Positions 1 through 11,173 of a stretch of 64,000 nt of DNA are shown here, one piece after another. Position 1 is the first letter of the stretch, and every line of letters begins with the position of its first letter. This stretch comes from Minisyncoccia bacterium. Lineage in GTDB: Bacteria > Patescibacteriota > Minisyncoccia > Phycocordibacterales > CALRBL01. The translations under genes and the position numbers were made by a program. The stretch covers positions 9,632 to 73,631 of the forward strand of contig JBBRPW010000001.1 in assembly GCA_038227435.1 (NCBI GenBank), written 5' to 3'. A model generated the notes under the pieces. The model was not told the DNA's origin and searched no databases. It worked only from the letters and a program-made list of their open reading frames with translations.

Positions 1-292
1 TTCCAGTGTCATATAAGGTCTCTGTTCCAGGGCTAAACACTCCTGCAGTGCCTGAGTTTGAAGCGGTTAAAATCTCACGTTGTCCGTTAGTGGGAGTTAG
101 GATTAGTTGACCTGTTGAACTAATGAGTATTGCGTTTTGTGAATCTAGTCCGTTCGGTAAACTTCTCGGGTTTGATATAAATAGATTTGATCCTGTTGGA
201 ATCACGTTTGATGCGTTTGAAATTTGATACGTACCAAAAAATACACATACAGTAAATAAAACCGTTAAAGCGTATCTTTGTGCCCTATTCAT
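1..292 (-). CDS. Secreted/membrane protein, partial (runs off the window start)
   Basis: Manual translation from ATG at 292: MNRAQRYALTVLFTVCVFFGTYQISNASNV..., signal-peptide-like N-terminus, open to the window edge. Confidence 0.65.
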   Translation of the reverse strand, partial: MNRAQRYALTVLFTVCVFFGTYQISNASNVIPTGSNLFISNPRSLPNGLDSQNAILISSTGQLILTPTNGQREILTASNSGTAGVFSPGTETLYDTG

Positions 293-315
293 TTACAATA
301 TTGTATCATGCTTAA

Positions 316-350
316 AAATAAAAACTGTGGTAAATCCACAGTTTTTATTT
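316..350. terminator. Inverted-repeat hairpin, probable terminator
   Basis: aaataaaaactgtgg...ccacagtttttattt inverted repeat between two minus-strand genes. Confidence 0.55.
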
Positions 351-401
351 AAATAAATTATTAAAATATTTTTTAAATAAACTATTTCAAGTTACTCTGT
401 A

Positions 402-1604
402 TTATTTTGAAAATGCTTTACTTAGTGCTGTTTTAACCAATTGATTTACCAAAGCACTAATTACTTGATCAAATTTTGTTGCAAGTATTGTTCTATCTAA
501 ACCAATTCCAGTTATCTTTGATGCAGCATCAGCAATTGTTTTTCCAGGAGTAACAACTTCACAATCTTTGCTTTCGCCGATTACTTTTCCACTCGCATCT
601 TTATCTTCCTTCCAATCTCCACATTTCTCATATGATAAGAAGCCGTTGTTTTGACCAATTCCAACCTGAATCGTGTTTTGTTTTTGTTTTACTGATAAAT
701 CAATTGAATCAACAGATAATATATAAAGCCCCTGCTTATTATTTTGAAGATTTTGACTAACTGAATAGAAATTAGACCAATTTGCAGCAGCAGGCGCTCC
801 TTTAACAAAAGCTTGAAATCCTTGTTGAGTTTTCATAATTTGGGAGAGCGTACACTGAGTGCCACTTCCTTTACTACCTCCTCCTCCGTATTGATTGGCC
901 AATCCTATTGCCACCTCTATTTTAATAGGTTGACATGCATTTACTCCCAAAGTGCCATTAACTAAGCTTCCAATGAAAGCACCAGCCTCTCGATCTGCTA
1001 AATTTTTAAAGAATGCTGTTGGATTTCTTAAAAATGCAGGATTTCCGTTAAAACCACCATTAATCCAGGCAATTGTTGAGTCAGCTATATATGCAATGAT
1101 TGCATTAATGAAACAATACCCAACTGAATCCCAACTAATTCCAACGGGTACTCCAAAAAAAGAAATTCCGGCTTGCGCCTGAGACTCAGTACTTGTAATC
1201 CCTACCTTTACGGCACTTTCAGCAATTGATCCGATTGCTCCTGTGATAGCCCGTGAAACTGCTTGTCCCAAGATTCCTCCGATACACGACCCAGCAACAC
1301 TGCTTGATTGTGAAGTAGAAGCTACACCACCATTCTGTACCCCGTATGAAGGTGGTTGAACATAACGAAAAGTTCCATCTGGGTTTTTGATGATGCCTGG
1401 AGCTAATTCTCGTGATCCAGGTGCATTTTGACCCGGACTGCCGGGGGTACTTTGCGCATCAACTCTATTTATTTGAAAAGGTACTGAAAAAACGAGCACT
1501 CCTATCACCAAAATCGAAGAAATAATTCTTACTCCGTGAATTCGAGCATTTTTTTTAATCATTCTGTAAAAATTTGAAAAAATCATTGCAATGTTGTTTA
1601 TCAA
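402..1604 (-). CDS. CPR-type secreted/membrane hypothetical protein (true start probably a downstream Met)
   Basis: 400 aa ORF, N-terminal hydrophobic segment, WINGGFNGNPAF and VVTPG motifs of the kind seen in Parcubacteria surface-protein clusters. Confidence 0.7.
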   Translation of the reverse strand: MINNIAMIFSNFYRMIKKNARIHGVRIISSILVIGVLVFSVPFQINRVDAQSTPGSPGQNAPGSRELAPGIIKNPDGTFRYVQPPSYGVQNGGVASTSQSSSVAGSCIGGILGQAVSRAITGAIGSIAESAVKVGITSTESQAQAGISFFGVPVGISWDSVGYCFINAIIAYIADSTIAWINGGFNGNPAFLRNPTAFFKNLADREAGAFIGSLVNGTLGVNACQPIKIEVAIGLANQYGGGGSKGSGTQCTLSQIMKTQQGFQAFVKGAPAAANWSNFYSVSQNLQNNKQGLYILSVDSIDLSVKQKQNTIQVGIGQNNGFLSYEKCGDWKEDKDASGKVIGESKDCEVVTPGKTIADAASKITGIGLDRTILATKFDQVISALVNQLVKTALSKAFSK

Positions 1605-1609
1605 CTTTA

Positions 1610-2461
1610 TTATTGTCCAACTGTTTTATACCAAAGCGCACCAGCATCATTAGTATTAAAAATTATACCATTTATTTTAAAATAATTTACAATTTTGTCA
1701 GTAATTGAAGCTCTGTTTGATTCAAGATCACTAAAACTTTTAATCGCCAGCACTCCTTTTGCAGGATCTTTTTTATATTGATTCACAACAATAAGTGCAC
1801 CATAAGATGCTGAAAAATTATTAATTAAATCAAGATGAGCCTGAGCAATTTCGGTGGGAACAGGAACCGATAATAATTTTTTTGCCAATGTATTATAAAA
1901 TAAAATTCCCTCTTCATTCGTTGGAAATGAATTTCGATTAGTTAAACTTTTTCCTTCATTAACGTAAATTTCTGCCGTCTTATTCGCATAATCCTTAATT
2001 TCATCTTTATTCTTAGGGCTAAATATGGAAATATTCGATTGGTTATATTGAACAACATCTATATTTACATTTAAGTTTTCAAGCGCCTTATTAATAATTT
2101 CTGTGTCATCACTTGATTCAAGACTTCCAGATTGACCTTTAGCTAAAATTTCCGTACTTAATCCTTGTGCGATTCTCGTAGTTAAATTATTAGGATCAAG
2201 TAATGCGGCTTGAGCTGGAGAAAGTGTGTCATCGGTAGTTGATGCACCCGCCCACAAGCCCGAAGGTAAATTACTTAATGAAGCACTGTTCTGACTCGGA
2301 TTATTCGTTCTATTATCCACAGTGATATGCGCTGTATCGGTTTTTTTTGAAAAAAACCTCTCTTTATTTGCGAGCACAAACTGAGCTCCAAAGAAAAGAA
2401 AAAAAGCAGTTAAAACCGAAATCATTCCATATAAAACTTTTTTTGATGGGAGCGAAACCAT
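1610..2461 (-). CDS. Membrane-anchored hypothetical protein
   Basis: 283 aa, N-terminal TM helix, PVPTE..AHL motif. Confidence 0.7.
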   Translation of the reverse strand: MVSLPSKKVLYGMISVLTAFFLFFGAQFVLANKERFFSKKTDTAHITVDNRTNNPSQNSASLSNLPSGLWAGASTTDDTLSPAQAALLDPNNLTTRIAQGLSTEILAKGQSGSLESSDDTEIINKALENLNVNIDVVQYNQSNISIFSPKNKDEIKDYANKTAEIYVNEGKSLTNRNSFPTNEEGILFYNTLAKKLLSVPVPTEIAQAHLDLINNFSASYGALIVVNQYKKDPAKGVLAIKSFSDLESNRASITDKIVNYFKINGIIFNTNDAGALWYKTVGQ

Positions 2462-2544
2462 GTCTATACTTTATCACAAAATTAAATCAAAAATTAAATA
2501 TCTTTGTTCTTATTTCGTATTCACGATTATGATATACTTTCGTC

Positions 2545-3453
2545 ATGAATCGTTCGTACTTTTTAGGTTTATTTGTTGGATTATGCATAATCGGTGCTTT
2601 TTTCTATGCATCACGTGTAATTGGAGAAACCACAATAACAAATGTATATACAAATCCGGCCGTTACACAAAATTTGTCTAACTCTCGCCCTGGGCAGCCT
2701 ATTCGTATTATTGAACCAGCGGAAGGCAATGATTATTCAGAATACCCCTATCTTTACCCCGTTACTTTGGGTTTACGTTTAGGAAATACGGGAAATCCAG
2801 TGAGATCGCTACAGGTAATATTAAATAATGACTCTGATACACAGGTTGGAGCGCGTGGAGCTGGGTCAGCCGGCTTCGAAACCACATCGTTTGGCTCAAA
2901 AACCAGACTTGCTTTATTGAAATTTCAACGAAAATACGCCTTATTTCAAACAGGATATGTAGATTTGGCAACATTTAATAAAATAAACCTTCTATTAAGT
3001 GGGGTAGATACTAATGCAACAAGTACCGCGGCGACACTGATTGGTCAAGCTGCAAATGCACCCCAAAGTGTATTCAGTAATTATTTTTCAAACTACCCCT
3101 CTAGTCTTAATGGACCCACAATTACAACTGTTACCCCTACAACTGTTCATGACGGAGACACTGTAACAATTACAGGCACTGGTTTTTTGGATTTAAATAA
3201 AATAACTACCGGATTCGATCATTTTGATGATGTTCCATCAACAGACGGTAGAACAATTACCTTTGTGTTTAGAAGTAGATTGCAGACTGATACGAACCGG
3301 CAAATCGCAGCATCAGGTAATTCAAGAAGACAATCTGAAGTAAGGGCGGCGTTCGAAAGATATACCGCAAATCGCCCATTTCCTTTTTTCCTTATGGTTA
3401 GTAATGGAAATGGAACAAGCAATACCTTTAGAGGTATATTTCAACTTAGATAA
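2545..3453 (+). CDS. Peptidoglycan-binding domain plus IPT/TIG domain protein
   Basis: LRLG..G..VRSLQ..LN...FGSKTRLALLKFQ...TGYV (PG_binding_1-like); PTITTVTP...GDTVTITGTGF (IPT/TIG). Confidence 0.8.
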   Translation: MNRSYFLGLFVGLCIIGAFFYASRVIGETTITNVYTNPAVTQNLSNSRPGQPIRIIEPAEGNDYSEYPYLYPVTLGLRLGNTGNPVRSLQVILNNDSDTQVGARGAGSAGFETTSFGSKTRLALLKFQRKYALFQTGYVDLATFNKINLLLSGVDTNATSTAATLIGQAANAPQSVFSNYFSNYPSSLNGPTITTVTPTTVHDGDTVTITGTGFLDLNKITTGFDHFDDVPSTDGRTITFVFRSRLQTDTNRQIAASGNSRRQSEVRAAFERYTANRPFPFFLMVSNGNGTSNTFRGIFQLR

Positions 3454-3460
3454 TTAATAT

Positions 3461-3907
3461 ATGTCAAAAATAACCAAACAATTTTTTAGAGGATTAATTA
3501 CATCTGTTTCTTTGGGAATAATTTTCTGGGCACAAAGTATTGCAACAACTGCAACTGCTCAAACAATTATCATTCAACCCTATGGAGGAACAATTACAAG
3601 TGAAAATCCCGAAGTTTGTTGTAACGGAATTCTTTTTGAAGAAGAAAAGATAAGTGAAAATAGTATCGCCAACTTCTCGGAGGACAAAAAGTTATTTGAT
3701 ACTATTCAGATGGTTAATCAAGCTGAAGGGTCCGGACTTAAATCTGAATATTCAACAAGTAAGAAAACCATAACACTTCTAAATGAAATTCCTTTGATCG
3801 GTATATGTATTACTATTGATTCTGAATGTGAACAACCTAAAAAAGACACAGTTGCTTCTTATGTTTTAATGATGGGAACCACTTTACCAGATCAGGGGTT
3901 AATTTAA
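3461..3907 (+). CDS. Secreted hypothetical protein with cysteines
   Basis: Signal peptide, PYGG motif, CC and C-x6-C. Confidence 0.65.
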   Translation: MSKITKQFFRGLITSVSLGIIFWAQSIATTATAQTIIIQPYGGTITSENPEVCCNGILFEEEKISENSIANFSEDKKLFDTIQMVNQAEGSGLKSEYSTSKKTITLLNEIPLIGICITIDSECEQPKKDTVASYVLMMGTTLPDQGLI

Positions 3908-4824
3908 TTTCTAATTTCCATTCCTTCAAAAAGTTTTTTCCAATTTTCAATATTCATATCTTCAGCTCGACTTTTTAAATTTATAGAAAGTTCGCTAAAA
4001 GCTTTTTCCAATTCTAATTTATTATTGCCAGCCTGCACCAAATTATTTAAAAGCATTTTTCGCTTATATTTAAAGGCACTTTTTACAAATTTGAAAAATT
4101 CCTCTTCCTCGTTTTTGTTCGCAAAAGGATTTGAAATATCAAAAATATGAATGATTGCGGAATCAACTTTGGGAGCAGGTGAAAAATATTTCGCCTTTAC
4201 CGTTTCAACATACTTAGGTATTCCAAATATTTTAATGGATATTGAAAGAAGACTCTCCCCTATTTTTTTACCTCTTGATCTTGCAACAATTCTTTCCGCA
4301 ACCTCTTTTTGTACGAGCAGAGTTATTTCTTTAGGTTGGTGTTTTGTTGTTAAAAACTTTCGAATAATTTCGCCAGTAATATAGTAAGGGATATTTGCAA
4401 TAATTTTATATGTTCTTGATCCAATCTTTTCAAAAATTTCATCTGTTATTTTTTCTTCCAAAATATCACCGTGAATTAAAATAAAAATTCCATCTTTGAT
4501 TGCTTGTGCAAATTTTTCTTGTAAAAACAAAAATAAATTATCATCTTTTTCTACTCCAATATAAAAACCATCACTTTTTTTATTTTCCGCCGTAGTATTT
4601 TTATTAATTGCATTTTCACTTCGAATTTTTTCAATAATCCCTTCGGTAATGGCCCCTTTTCCTGGTCCAATCTCGAGAATAATATCTCCATATTGAATAT
4701 TTCCACTTGAAACAATTAATTTTTTAGCAGTTGAAGACGTCAAAAAATTTTGCCCCAAAGATTTTTTTGGTACGTGTTTTACTGGATATTGTTTTTCTTT
4801 TTTATTGTCATCAACGTGTTCCAT
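3904..4824 (-). CDS. rsmA: 16S rRNA adenine dimethyltransferase KsgA/RsmA
   Basis: KKSLGQNFL, EIGPGKG, ANIPYYIT, PAPKVDSA motifs. Confidence 0.97.
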   Translation of the reverse strand: MEHVDDNKKEKQYPVKHVPKKSLGQNFLTSSTAKKLIVSSGNIQYGDIILEIGPGKGAITEGIIEKIRSENAINKNTTAENKKSDGFYIGVEKDDNLFLFLQEKFAQAIKDGIFILIHGDILEEKITDEIFEKIGSRTYKIIANIPYYITGEIIRKFLTTKHQPKEITLLVQKEVAERIVARSRGKKIGESLLSISIKIFGIPKYVETVKAKYFSPAPKVDSAIIHIFDISNPFANKNEEEEFFKFVKSAFKYKRKMLLNNLVQAGNNKLELEKAFSELSINLKSRAEDMNIENWKKLFEGMEIRN

Positions 4825-4859
4825 ATAGATATGTTTTTTATTTAAATTTTCCTTATCAT

Positions 4860-6845
4860 TTAAAAATCAATAAAGATTGATTTAATATTTGAAGTTCTTC
4901 CCCGTTCATCTCGAATAAATTTTAATCTATCTTCTTCAATATCAAAAATGAATTCCGACGGTATGTTAACTCTCCTTTCTCCATAAATTGTTCGTAAAGA
5001 TGAATGGGTTAGCCATAGTTTTTGCTCTGCTCGAGTAAGGGCCACATAGAATAATCTTCTCTCCTCCTCCCCTTCTTCGGGCGTGATATTTGTTTGAAAT
5101 GTTCGGCGATGTGGAAATAAATCGGCTTCGAGCCCTGTAATAAAAACAGTATCAAATTCAAGTCCTTTTGAGCCGTGAATTGTCATTAATTTCACTCCCT
5201 CTTTTCTGTCCATTATATCTAAATCACTAGCAAGTGCTGCTTCTTCTAATAATCCTAAAATCCCCTCTCCTCCCTCGAGTAAATCATACTTCGTAGCAAT
5301 TGTTACTAATTCTCTAATGTTCCCTAATTTGTCTTCGTCCTCGTCTTTCCCTTGTTCATACATGGTCTGTAATCCAGTAATATCTAAAACATATTTTAAT
5401 GCATCCGATGGTTTTTTTTGTGCGAGCGCCAATTTAATATTTAATAACATTCCAAAAAAAGTTTCAGCTTTTTGTTTGGGTCCTCCTGTTAACTTCTCTT
5501 CAATAATTTGTTTTGTAAGCGCTAAGCATTCTTCAATATTTTCTTTTTCAAAAGCGGCAATAATTCCGCTTTCAATTATTTTTTCTTCGGTCTGTGTTCC
5601 GATTCCTCGTGCTGGCACATTAATAATTCTTCGAACATCTCCTTCTCCTCCTAAAAGTGCTGCACGAATATACGAGAGAGTATCTTTCACCTCTTTTCGT
5701 TCGAAGTATCTTGTTCCAAAAATGTCATATGTAATTCCGTGTTTAATAAATGCATCTTCAATTACGCGCGATTGAAAGTTTGCTCGAAATAGTACTGCAA
5801 TTTGTTTTGGTTCGATTCCCTCTCTAATTAAATTAAAACAAGTTGATGCAATGTAGTCAGCCTCGTCATTTTCATCTACTGCTCCATATACATTAATTTT
5901 GTCTCCCCCATCTTTTTTGGTAAATAAGTTTTTATCTCGACGATGTTTATTTTTTTTAATTACATCATTTGCTGCTCCTAAAATAATTTGAGTTGAACGA
6001 TAGTTTTCTTCAAGTAAAACAACTGTTGCCTCCGGATAATCTTTTTCAAAATTTAAAATATTTCGAATGTCTGCTCCTCGCCAACTATAAATATTTTGAT
6101 CTACGTCTCCCACAACGCATAAATTTCGATGTGCTGCAGCTAAGTGTTTAGTAATTAGATATTGAACTCGGTTTGTATCTTGATATTCGTCAACATGAAT
6201 ATATTTCCATTGATCTTGATACAACTTCAAAATATCGGGTCGTCGCTCAAATAAAACTAAAGTTTTTAAAAGAAGGTCATCAAAATCAAGAGCTTTCTCA
6301 CGTTTTAAGCAATCTTCATATGCTTCCCATACTCGAAGTGCAATACTTTCTGAATAATCCTTACTCTTGGCTATTTCCTTAAATTGAGCAAGAGTTCTTC
6401 CCTCACTCTTTTCTTTACCGATGCGATGCATAATTACTCCAGGATCATTGGCTTTTGGATCTACTCCGATTCGTTCCATCGAAGATTTTATTGCTCTTTT
6501 GCAATCTGCTTTATCAAAAATCGAAAAATGACGAGGTAAATTGAAAACCTCAGCATGATTTCGAAGTATTTTTACTCCGAGTGCATGAAAAGTAGTAAGA
6601 AGAGGTAAAACTCCAAATTTAAGTCGTCCTTGTACCCGCTCTCGCATTTCTTTCGCTGCTTTATTGGTAAAGGTGATACCAATAATATGTTGGCCACCTA
6701 CTCCCCCTTCAATTAAAGAGATAATTCGCTCTGTAACAGTTTTAGTTTTACCAGCTCCTGCACCAGCTATAATTAGTAATGGTCCCTCGGTAGCCTTCAC
6801 CGCTTTTTGTTGCTCAGAGTTTAATTGTACAAGTCCTGTATTCAT
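4860..6845 (-). CDS. pcrA: ATP-dependent DNA helicase PcrA/UvrD
   Basis: AGAGAGKT, VDEYQDTN, LEENYRS, MTIHGSKGLEF, EERRLFYVALTRA. Confidence 0.95.
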   Translation of the reverse strand: MNTGLVQLNSEQQKAVKATEGPLLIIAGAGAGKTKTVTERIISLIEGGVGGQHIIGITFTNKAAKEMRERVQGRLKFGVLPLLTTFHALGVKILRNHAEVFNLPRHFSIFDKADCKRAIKSSMERIGVDPKANDPGVIMHRIGKEKSEGRTLAQFKEIAKSKDYSESIALRVWEAYEDCLKREKALDFDDLLLKTLVLFERRPDILKLYQDQWKYIHVDEYQDTNRVQYLITKHLAAAHRNLCVVGDVDQNIYSWRGADIRNILNFEKDYPEATVVLLEENYRSTQIILGAANDVIKKNKHRRDKNLFTKKDGGDKINVYGAVDENDEADYIASTCFNLIREGIEPKQIAVLFRANFQSRVIEDAFIKHGITYDIFGTRYFERKEVKDTLSYIRAALLGGEGDVRRIINVPARGIGTQTEEKIIESGIIAAFEKENIEECLALTKQIIEEKLTGGPKQKAETFFGMLLNIKLALAQKKPSDALKYVLDITGLQTMYEQGKDEDEDKLGNIRELVTIATKYDLLEGGEGILGLLEEAALASDLDIMDRKEGVKLMTIHGSKGLEFDTVFITGLEADLFPHRRTFQTNITPEEGEEERRLFYVALTRAEQKLWLTHSSLRTIYGERRVNIPSEFIFDIEEDRLKFIRDERGRTSNIKSIFIDF

Positions 6846-7108
6846 GAAAAAAGAGATGTTTGATTGAAATGCTAGTCAAAATAATCTAAAAGTACAAAAT
6901 ATTTTGAAATTATTTTATATAATTAGTTATAGCACAAAGCATACTTCAAACTAAGCTTTTTTAATTAGTTTTTCGGTTAAAAATTCATCAAGAAACCGTA
7001 GAGAAAATATAAAGAATTTCTCAAATTAAAGGTTTGACGAATGCTCCCTACTCGGTACAATTACTGATGCACTGAGGCTATTTCCAACCACTCCTCCTCA
7101 AGTGAATC

Positions 7109-8233
7109 ATGTCTCAACACAAATTTAAATTAAACCCTTTAAGTAAGCCACTTTTAAAGGATTCATCGACCGATTTTTTGACCCTTTCTTCGCTAAAAAC
7201 GAAGCAAAAAATACATCTAAACTTAGCCTATATAAAGCTCAGTTCTATTGTTATTACAGTGGTTATGTTGTCTAATTTTAACTACGCTTATGCCCAAGAC
7301 GCAGTGGTTAAAAAAAGTATTCAAACAATGCCTATTTTGCAGGGAATTTCTGTTCCTTCTTCTGAGAACTCAACCTCTTTAAAGCCAAAAGTGAAGGAAG
7401 TAGCTATTTTGGTAGACGGCAACTCTCTTTCCTCAAGACCTCAATCGATAGATAATGGTGAGGAAATTACACAGTCACTAACTGATCTTATCGCTACATA
7501 TGATGTTGAGGAGGGAGACACACTTTCTGAAATTGCTCAAAAATATGGAATTACAGCAAATACAATTGTTTGGGCAAACGACTTAGATTCGAACAAAGCA
7601 CTTAAAAAAGGACAAACTCTTATTATTTTGCCAGTTTCAGGTGTCAAATACGTTATTAAAAAAGGAGACAGTCTAAAAAAGGTAGCCGAAACGTTTAAGG
7701 GTGATGTCGATGAAATTATTTCATACAACAACCTTGCAAATGAAGCAGATATTCAAGTTGGACTCGAAATTATTATTCCAAAAGGAGAAATAACAAAACA
7801 AGTGAGTGTAAAAACATCAAATACTAAGCTTTCTAACATAGGAAAGGACACAAAATCTCTTATTACAGGCAAGGTAGCTAAAGATAACGTTACTGGATAT
7901 TTTATACGACCAACAAAAGGAGTTAAAACTCAAGGCCTCCACGGACACAACGGTATCGACTTCGCTAGCTCACTTAATTCCCCTATTTATGCTGCGGCTT
8001 CTGGAAAAGTAATCATTGTTAAAAATGGAGGATGGAATGGTGGATATGGAACTTATATCGTTATTGCACATAATAATGGAACTCAAACTATGTACGCCCA
8101 CTTAAATGGAGTAAACACCAATCAAGGGGATGTTGTAAATCAAGGCCAAGTAATTGGATTTATGGGAAGTACCGGAGATTCAACAGGGGTTCATATTCAC
8201 TTCGAGGTTCGAGGAGGAGTTAATCCTTTCTAA
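7109..8233 (+). CDS. LysM-repeat M23 family peptidase
   Basis: Two LysM repeats (YDVEEGDTLSEIA; YVIKKGDSL), HNGID, YAHL, HIHFEV. Confidence 0.93.
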   Translation: MSQHKFKLNPLSKPLLKDSSTDFLTLSSLKTKQKIHLNLAYIKLSSIVITVVMLSNFNYAYAQDAVVKKSIQTMPILQGISVPSSENSTSLKPKVKEVAILVDGNSLSSRPQSIDNGEEITQSLTDLIATYDVEEGDTLSEIAQKYGITANTIVWANDLDSNKALKKGQTLIILPVSGVKYVIKKGDSLKKVAETFKGDVDEIISYNNLANEADIQVGLEIIIPKGEITKQVSVKTSNTKLSNIGKDTKSLITGKVAKDNVTGYFIRPTKGVKTQGLHGHNGIDFASSLNSPIYAAASGKVIIVKNGGWNGGYGTYIVIAHNNGTQTMYAHLNGVNTNQGDVVNQGQVIGFMGSTGDSTGVHIHFEVRGGVNPF

Positions 8234-8249
8234 TTAATTTCTATTAATT

Positions 8250-9779
8250 TTAGGCATTATAAATATGCGATCGATATTGCAAAGATTCTAAGACACAGTT
8301 GTCGTCTACCATTTCTTTATTATCGTAATACGCAATTGTTTCGGCTACTTTTTTAACATTTTCTCTTGATCTTTTAGATAAGGTCATTTTTTTGCACGCA
8401 GTATTCAATATACGTATTGCAGAATCACTAAATTGCAATGACACTCCATCTATTTCGTTTTGTATTTTTAATTTAGTTTTTCGAATATTCTCTTCTAATT
8501 CAGTTCCACATAAAACAGAATCATTTTTTTGAAATAAATTATTTTTTAACCCATTACTATCCCCTCCATCAAGATGTACCCAAATTGGTATTCGATCAAT
8601 TAACGGCTGTGAAATTTTTTTTTGATATTTTGCAATTAAAAATGGATGACACTCACATTTTTTAACTCTGCTTCCATTATTGCCACAAGGACATGGATTC
8701 ATTGTGGCTATGAGCAAAAAATCACAAGGAAGTATTATTGTCTCTTCTCCACGAGCAATACAAATTCTTTTTTCTTCAAGGGGTTGTCTTAGAGCGTTTA
8801 GAGATCTTGAGTCAAATTCGGCTATTTCATCTAATAGTAAAATTCCTTGATGAGCATTTGTTATCTCCCCTATTTTTTTTGATCCTCCAACCATCCCTGC
8901 ATACGAAGCTGTATGATGCGGTGTTCTTATTGGAACTTCCACTAAAGATTCAAGATTCTGAGAAGTGTTGATTGAATTACTTAAGAAATTTAAACGACAT
9001 TTCTCAACCACCTCTTTTTTATTTAAAGAACCAAACAATTCTTTAGCGCAGCTTGAAATCATCGTCTTTCCGCTTCCCGCAGGCCCCCAAAAAACAATAT
9101 GATGTTTTCCTGAAAGAGCTATTGCTAGAGCTCTCTTGGAGAAATTATTATCAGTAATAGTATCTATTTTATATGTGTCATTTCCATGCTGTTTAAATAG
9201 TTTTTCTCCGCTTTTTCCTACCTTAGTTAAAAAAATCTCCCCGTTTAGATTTTTAACCAGTTTTATTTTTTTGAGATGATCAACAATTTCTTTAATATTT
9301 TTTATTGGAAAAATAATAATTCCCTCAATTAATGCAGCTTCTAATTTATTTTCATAAGGAATGTATGCTTCATTTATTTTGTTTCTCACTGCCTCTGTTA
9401 ACATAGTCACAATACCTTTTACCGAACGAACCTCACCATTCATTGAAAGTTCGCCAATAAATATTTTATTTTGCGCCTCAAAATATACTTGTTTTGATGC
9501 AATCATATATCCAACAGCCATGGCTAGATCAAAATACACCCCCTCTTTTTTTAAGTGAGCCGGAGCCAACGCAAATGTTATTTTTTGATTTTGCGTTTTA
9601 GGAGATATAAAACCACTATTTTTTAAAGCTCCAGATATTCGTTCTCTCGCTTCGATAACAGACTTGTCAGTTAATCCAACAATTGTAAATGAATGAAATC
9701 CCCTACTTACATCTACTTCAACTTTTACGATATTACTATGTGGAATTGCCGGCTGTGCACTTAAAATCTCTGTAAACAT
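8250..9779 (-). CDS. comM: YifB/ComM-family Mg-chelatase-like AAA+ ATPase
   Basis: VEVD..G, LAPAHLKKEG..FDLA, GPAGSGKT, PHHTAS, MNPCPCG. Confidence 0.88.
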   Translation of the reverse strand: MFTEILSAQPAIPHSNIVKVEVDVSRGFHSFTIVGLTDKSVIEARERISGALKNSGFISPKTQNQKITFALAPAHLKKEGVYFDLAMAVGYMIASKQVYFEAQNKIFIGELSMNGEVRSVKGIVTMLTEAVRNKINEAYIPYENKLEAALIEGIIIFPIKNIKEIVDHLKKIKLVKNLNGEIFLTKVGKSGEKLFKQHGNDTYKIDTITDNNFSKRALAIALSGKHHIVFWGPAGSGKTMISSCAKELFGSLNKKEVVEKCRLNFLSNSINTSQNLESLVEVPIRTPHHTASYAGMVGGSKKIGEITNAHQGILLLDEIAEFDSRSLNALRQPLEEKRICIARGEETIILPCDFLLIATMNPCPCGNNGSRVKKCECHPFLIAKYQKKISQPLIDRIPIWVHLDGGDSNGLKNNLFQKNDSVLCGTELEENIRKTKLKIQNEIDGVSLQFSDSAIRILNTACKKMTLSKRSRENVKKVAETIAYYDNKEMVDDNCVLESLQYRSHIYNA

Positions 9780-9842
9780 TCAATTAGTTTACGTGCGAGT
9801 GTATTAAATTTTACTTAAGAATAAATAAAGTTCTAACGAATT

Positions 9843-10211
9843 CTATTTGTCGTTCATGTGTTCAATACAGGTTCTTGCAGATGGGTTTGCATCAAGTCGA
9901 TCTTTTTCAATTTCATGTCCGCTTATCTCACATACTCCATAGGTTCCAGCCTCTATTTTCCCTAAGGCATCATTTACCTCATTTAATTGAATTTGAAGAT
10001 TACCAACAAGGCCGCTATTTGTTTCAAATTCTTCAATTTTATCGGCCGCTTCATTAGGATCTGCCACCATTTCTTCAGCATTTACATCTGCCTTAGTTTC
10101 CCATTCAACATGTTCTTGTCCATTACCTTTAACTGCCATACTATTAAGCTCTTTTTCAATCCGACTTTTTTCAATTTCTAATTTTTCTTTGTATATTTTA
10201 GTTTCAATCAT
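9843..10211 (-). CDS. DksA/TraR-family zinc-finger protein
   Basis: Coiled coil plus GTYGVCEISGHEIEKDRLDANPSARTC. Confidence 0.88.
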   Translation of the reverse strand: MIETKIYKEKLEIEKSRIEKELNSMAVKGNGQEHVEWETKADVNAEEMVADPNEAADKIEEFETNSGLVGNLQIQLNEVNDALGKIEAGTYGVCEISGHEIEKDRLDANPSARTCIEHMNDK

Positions 10212-10251
10212 TTCTGAATATTAGCACACAATAGAGTTAGTCTAGAGTAAC

Positions 10252-11169
10252 TTATTGCACCCTTTTAGACAGTAAGTATGCATCAGTTATATTTTGAAGT
10301 GCGATTTTATTATTTGTAATTAAAATAGTTTTTGAGTCTAAGAATACATATAAAAGAACAATATCAGTATTGCTCATTACCGCACGAACATCTCTATTTT
10401 TTATAACAATATCTTTAAAAAATGGGCTAAATGAATTTGTGTCAAAATATGGACCCAAATCTCTTAAAATGCTATTTTCCCACTCAAACATTCCAGCATA
10501 CGCTTGCTCATAAGAGTCGGTTTGTAAAACAATATAAGGGCTACTCGTAGACAATCCATTTTTAGTAAATCCTGCAAAATATGAGGGAGTTATGCTTCGA
10601 TACAAACTATTTGGAACCGAGGCTCCAATTTTTCCTAAAAATGCCTGTGCTGAAATTTCTGTTGAAGATGCTCCTCGAAGCGACAACTTATTAATTTGAA
10701 TTAAGCTTTGAAGATCAAAATCTTTTCTCGCGTTTTCAATATCTCTTAATATTTCTGTTGAAGTTTTTTTATCTACATCAAAAATATTGATAACCGAATT
10801 AGTTGCAATTACGGGCTTAGTAGTTTGAGGAAGTGCGGTTACTGGATTATTAGCACGATGTATAAAGTACCAAGTTCCGCCAGCTGCGATCAAAATACAG
10901 ATAACCGTAAGGGATATAAGAATAATACTTTTTGTTGTGGCAACACTGTTTTGCTGTTCAATATCTCCAATTCTATTTTCTCTGGCTTGTTCTGCTAACG
11001 CTATTTTAACAGCAGAAATATTATCCCGTTGAACAGCAACCGATACGTCGCTCTTATAGGTTTTAATATTTGGAAGGGGAATAGATAATTGTGCATCCAA
11101 AAAAGAATTCGATCCTAATTGATTTGAATCATCTCCCTTATTTTGTTTTTCATCTTTCAAAAAATCCAT
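10252..11169 (-). CDS. Single-pass membrane hypothetical protein
   Basis: 305 aa, TM helix near residues 82-103, AGMFEWE and FKDIVIKNRDVR motifs. Confidence 0.7.
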   Translation of the reverse strand: MDFLKDEKQNKGDDSNQLGSNSFLDAQLSIPLPNIKTYKSDVSVAVQRDNISAVKIALAEQARENRIGDIEQQNSVATTKSIILISLTVICILIAAGGTWYFIHRANNPVTALPQTTKPVIATNSVINIFDVDKKTSTEILRDIENARKDFDLQSLIQINKLSLRGASSTEISAQAFLGKIGASVPNSLYRSITPSYFAGFTKNGLSTSSPYIVLQTDSYEQAYAGMFEWENSILRDLGPYFDTNSFSPFFKDIVIKNRDVRAVMSNTDIVLLYVFLDSKTILITNNKIALQNITDAYLLSKRVQ

Positions 11170-11173
11170 ATGT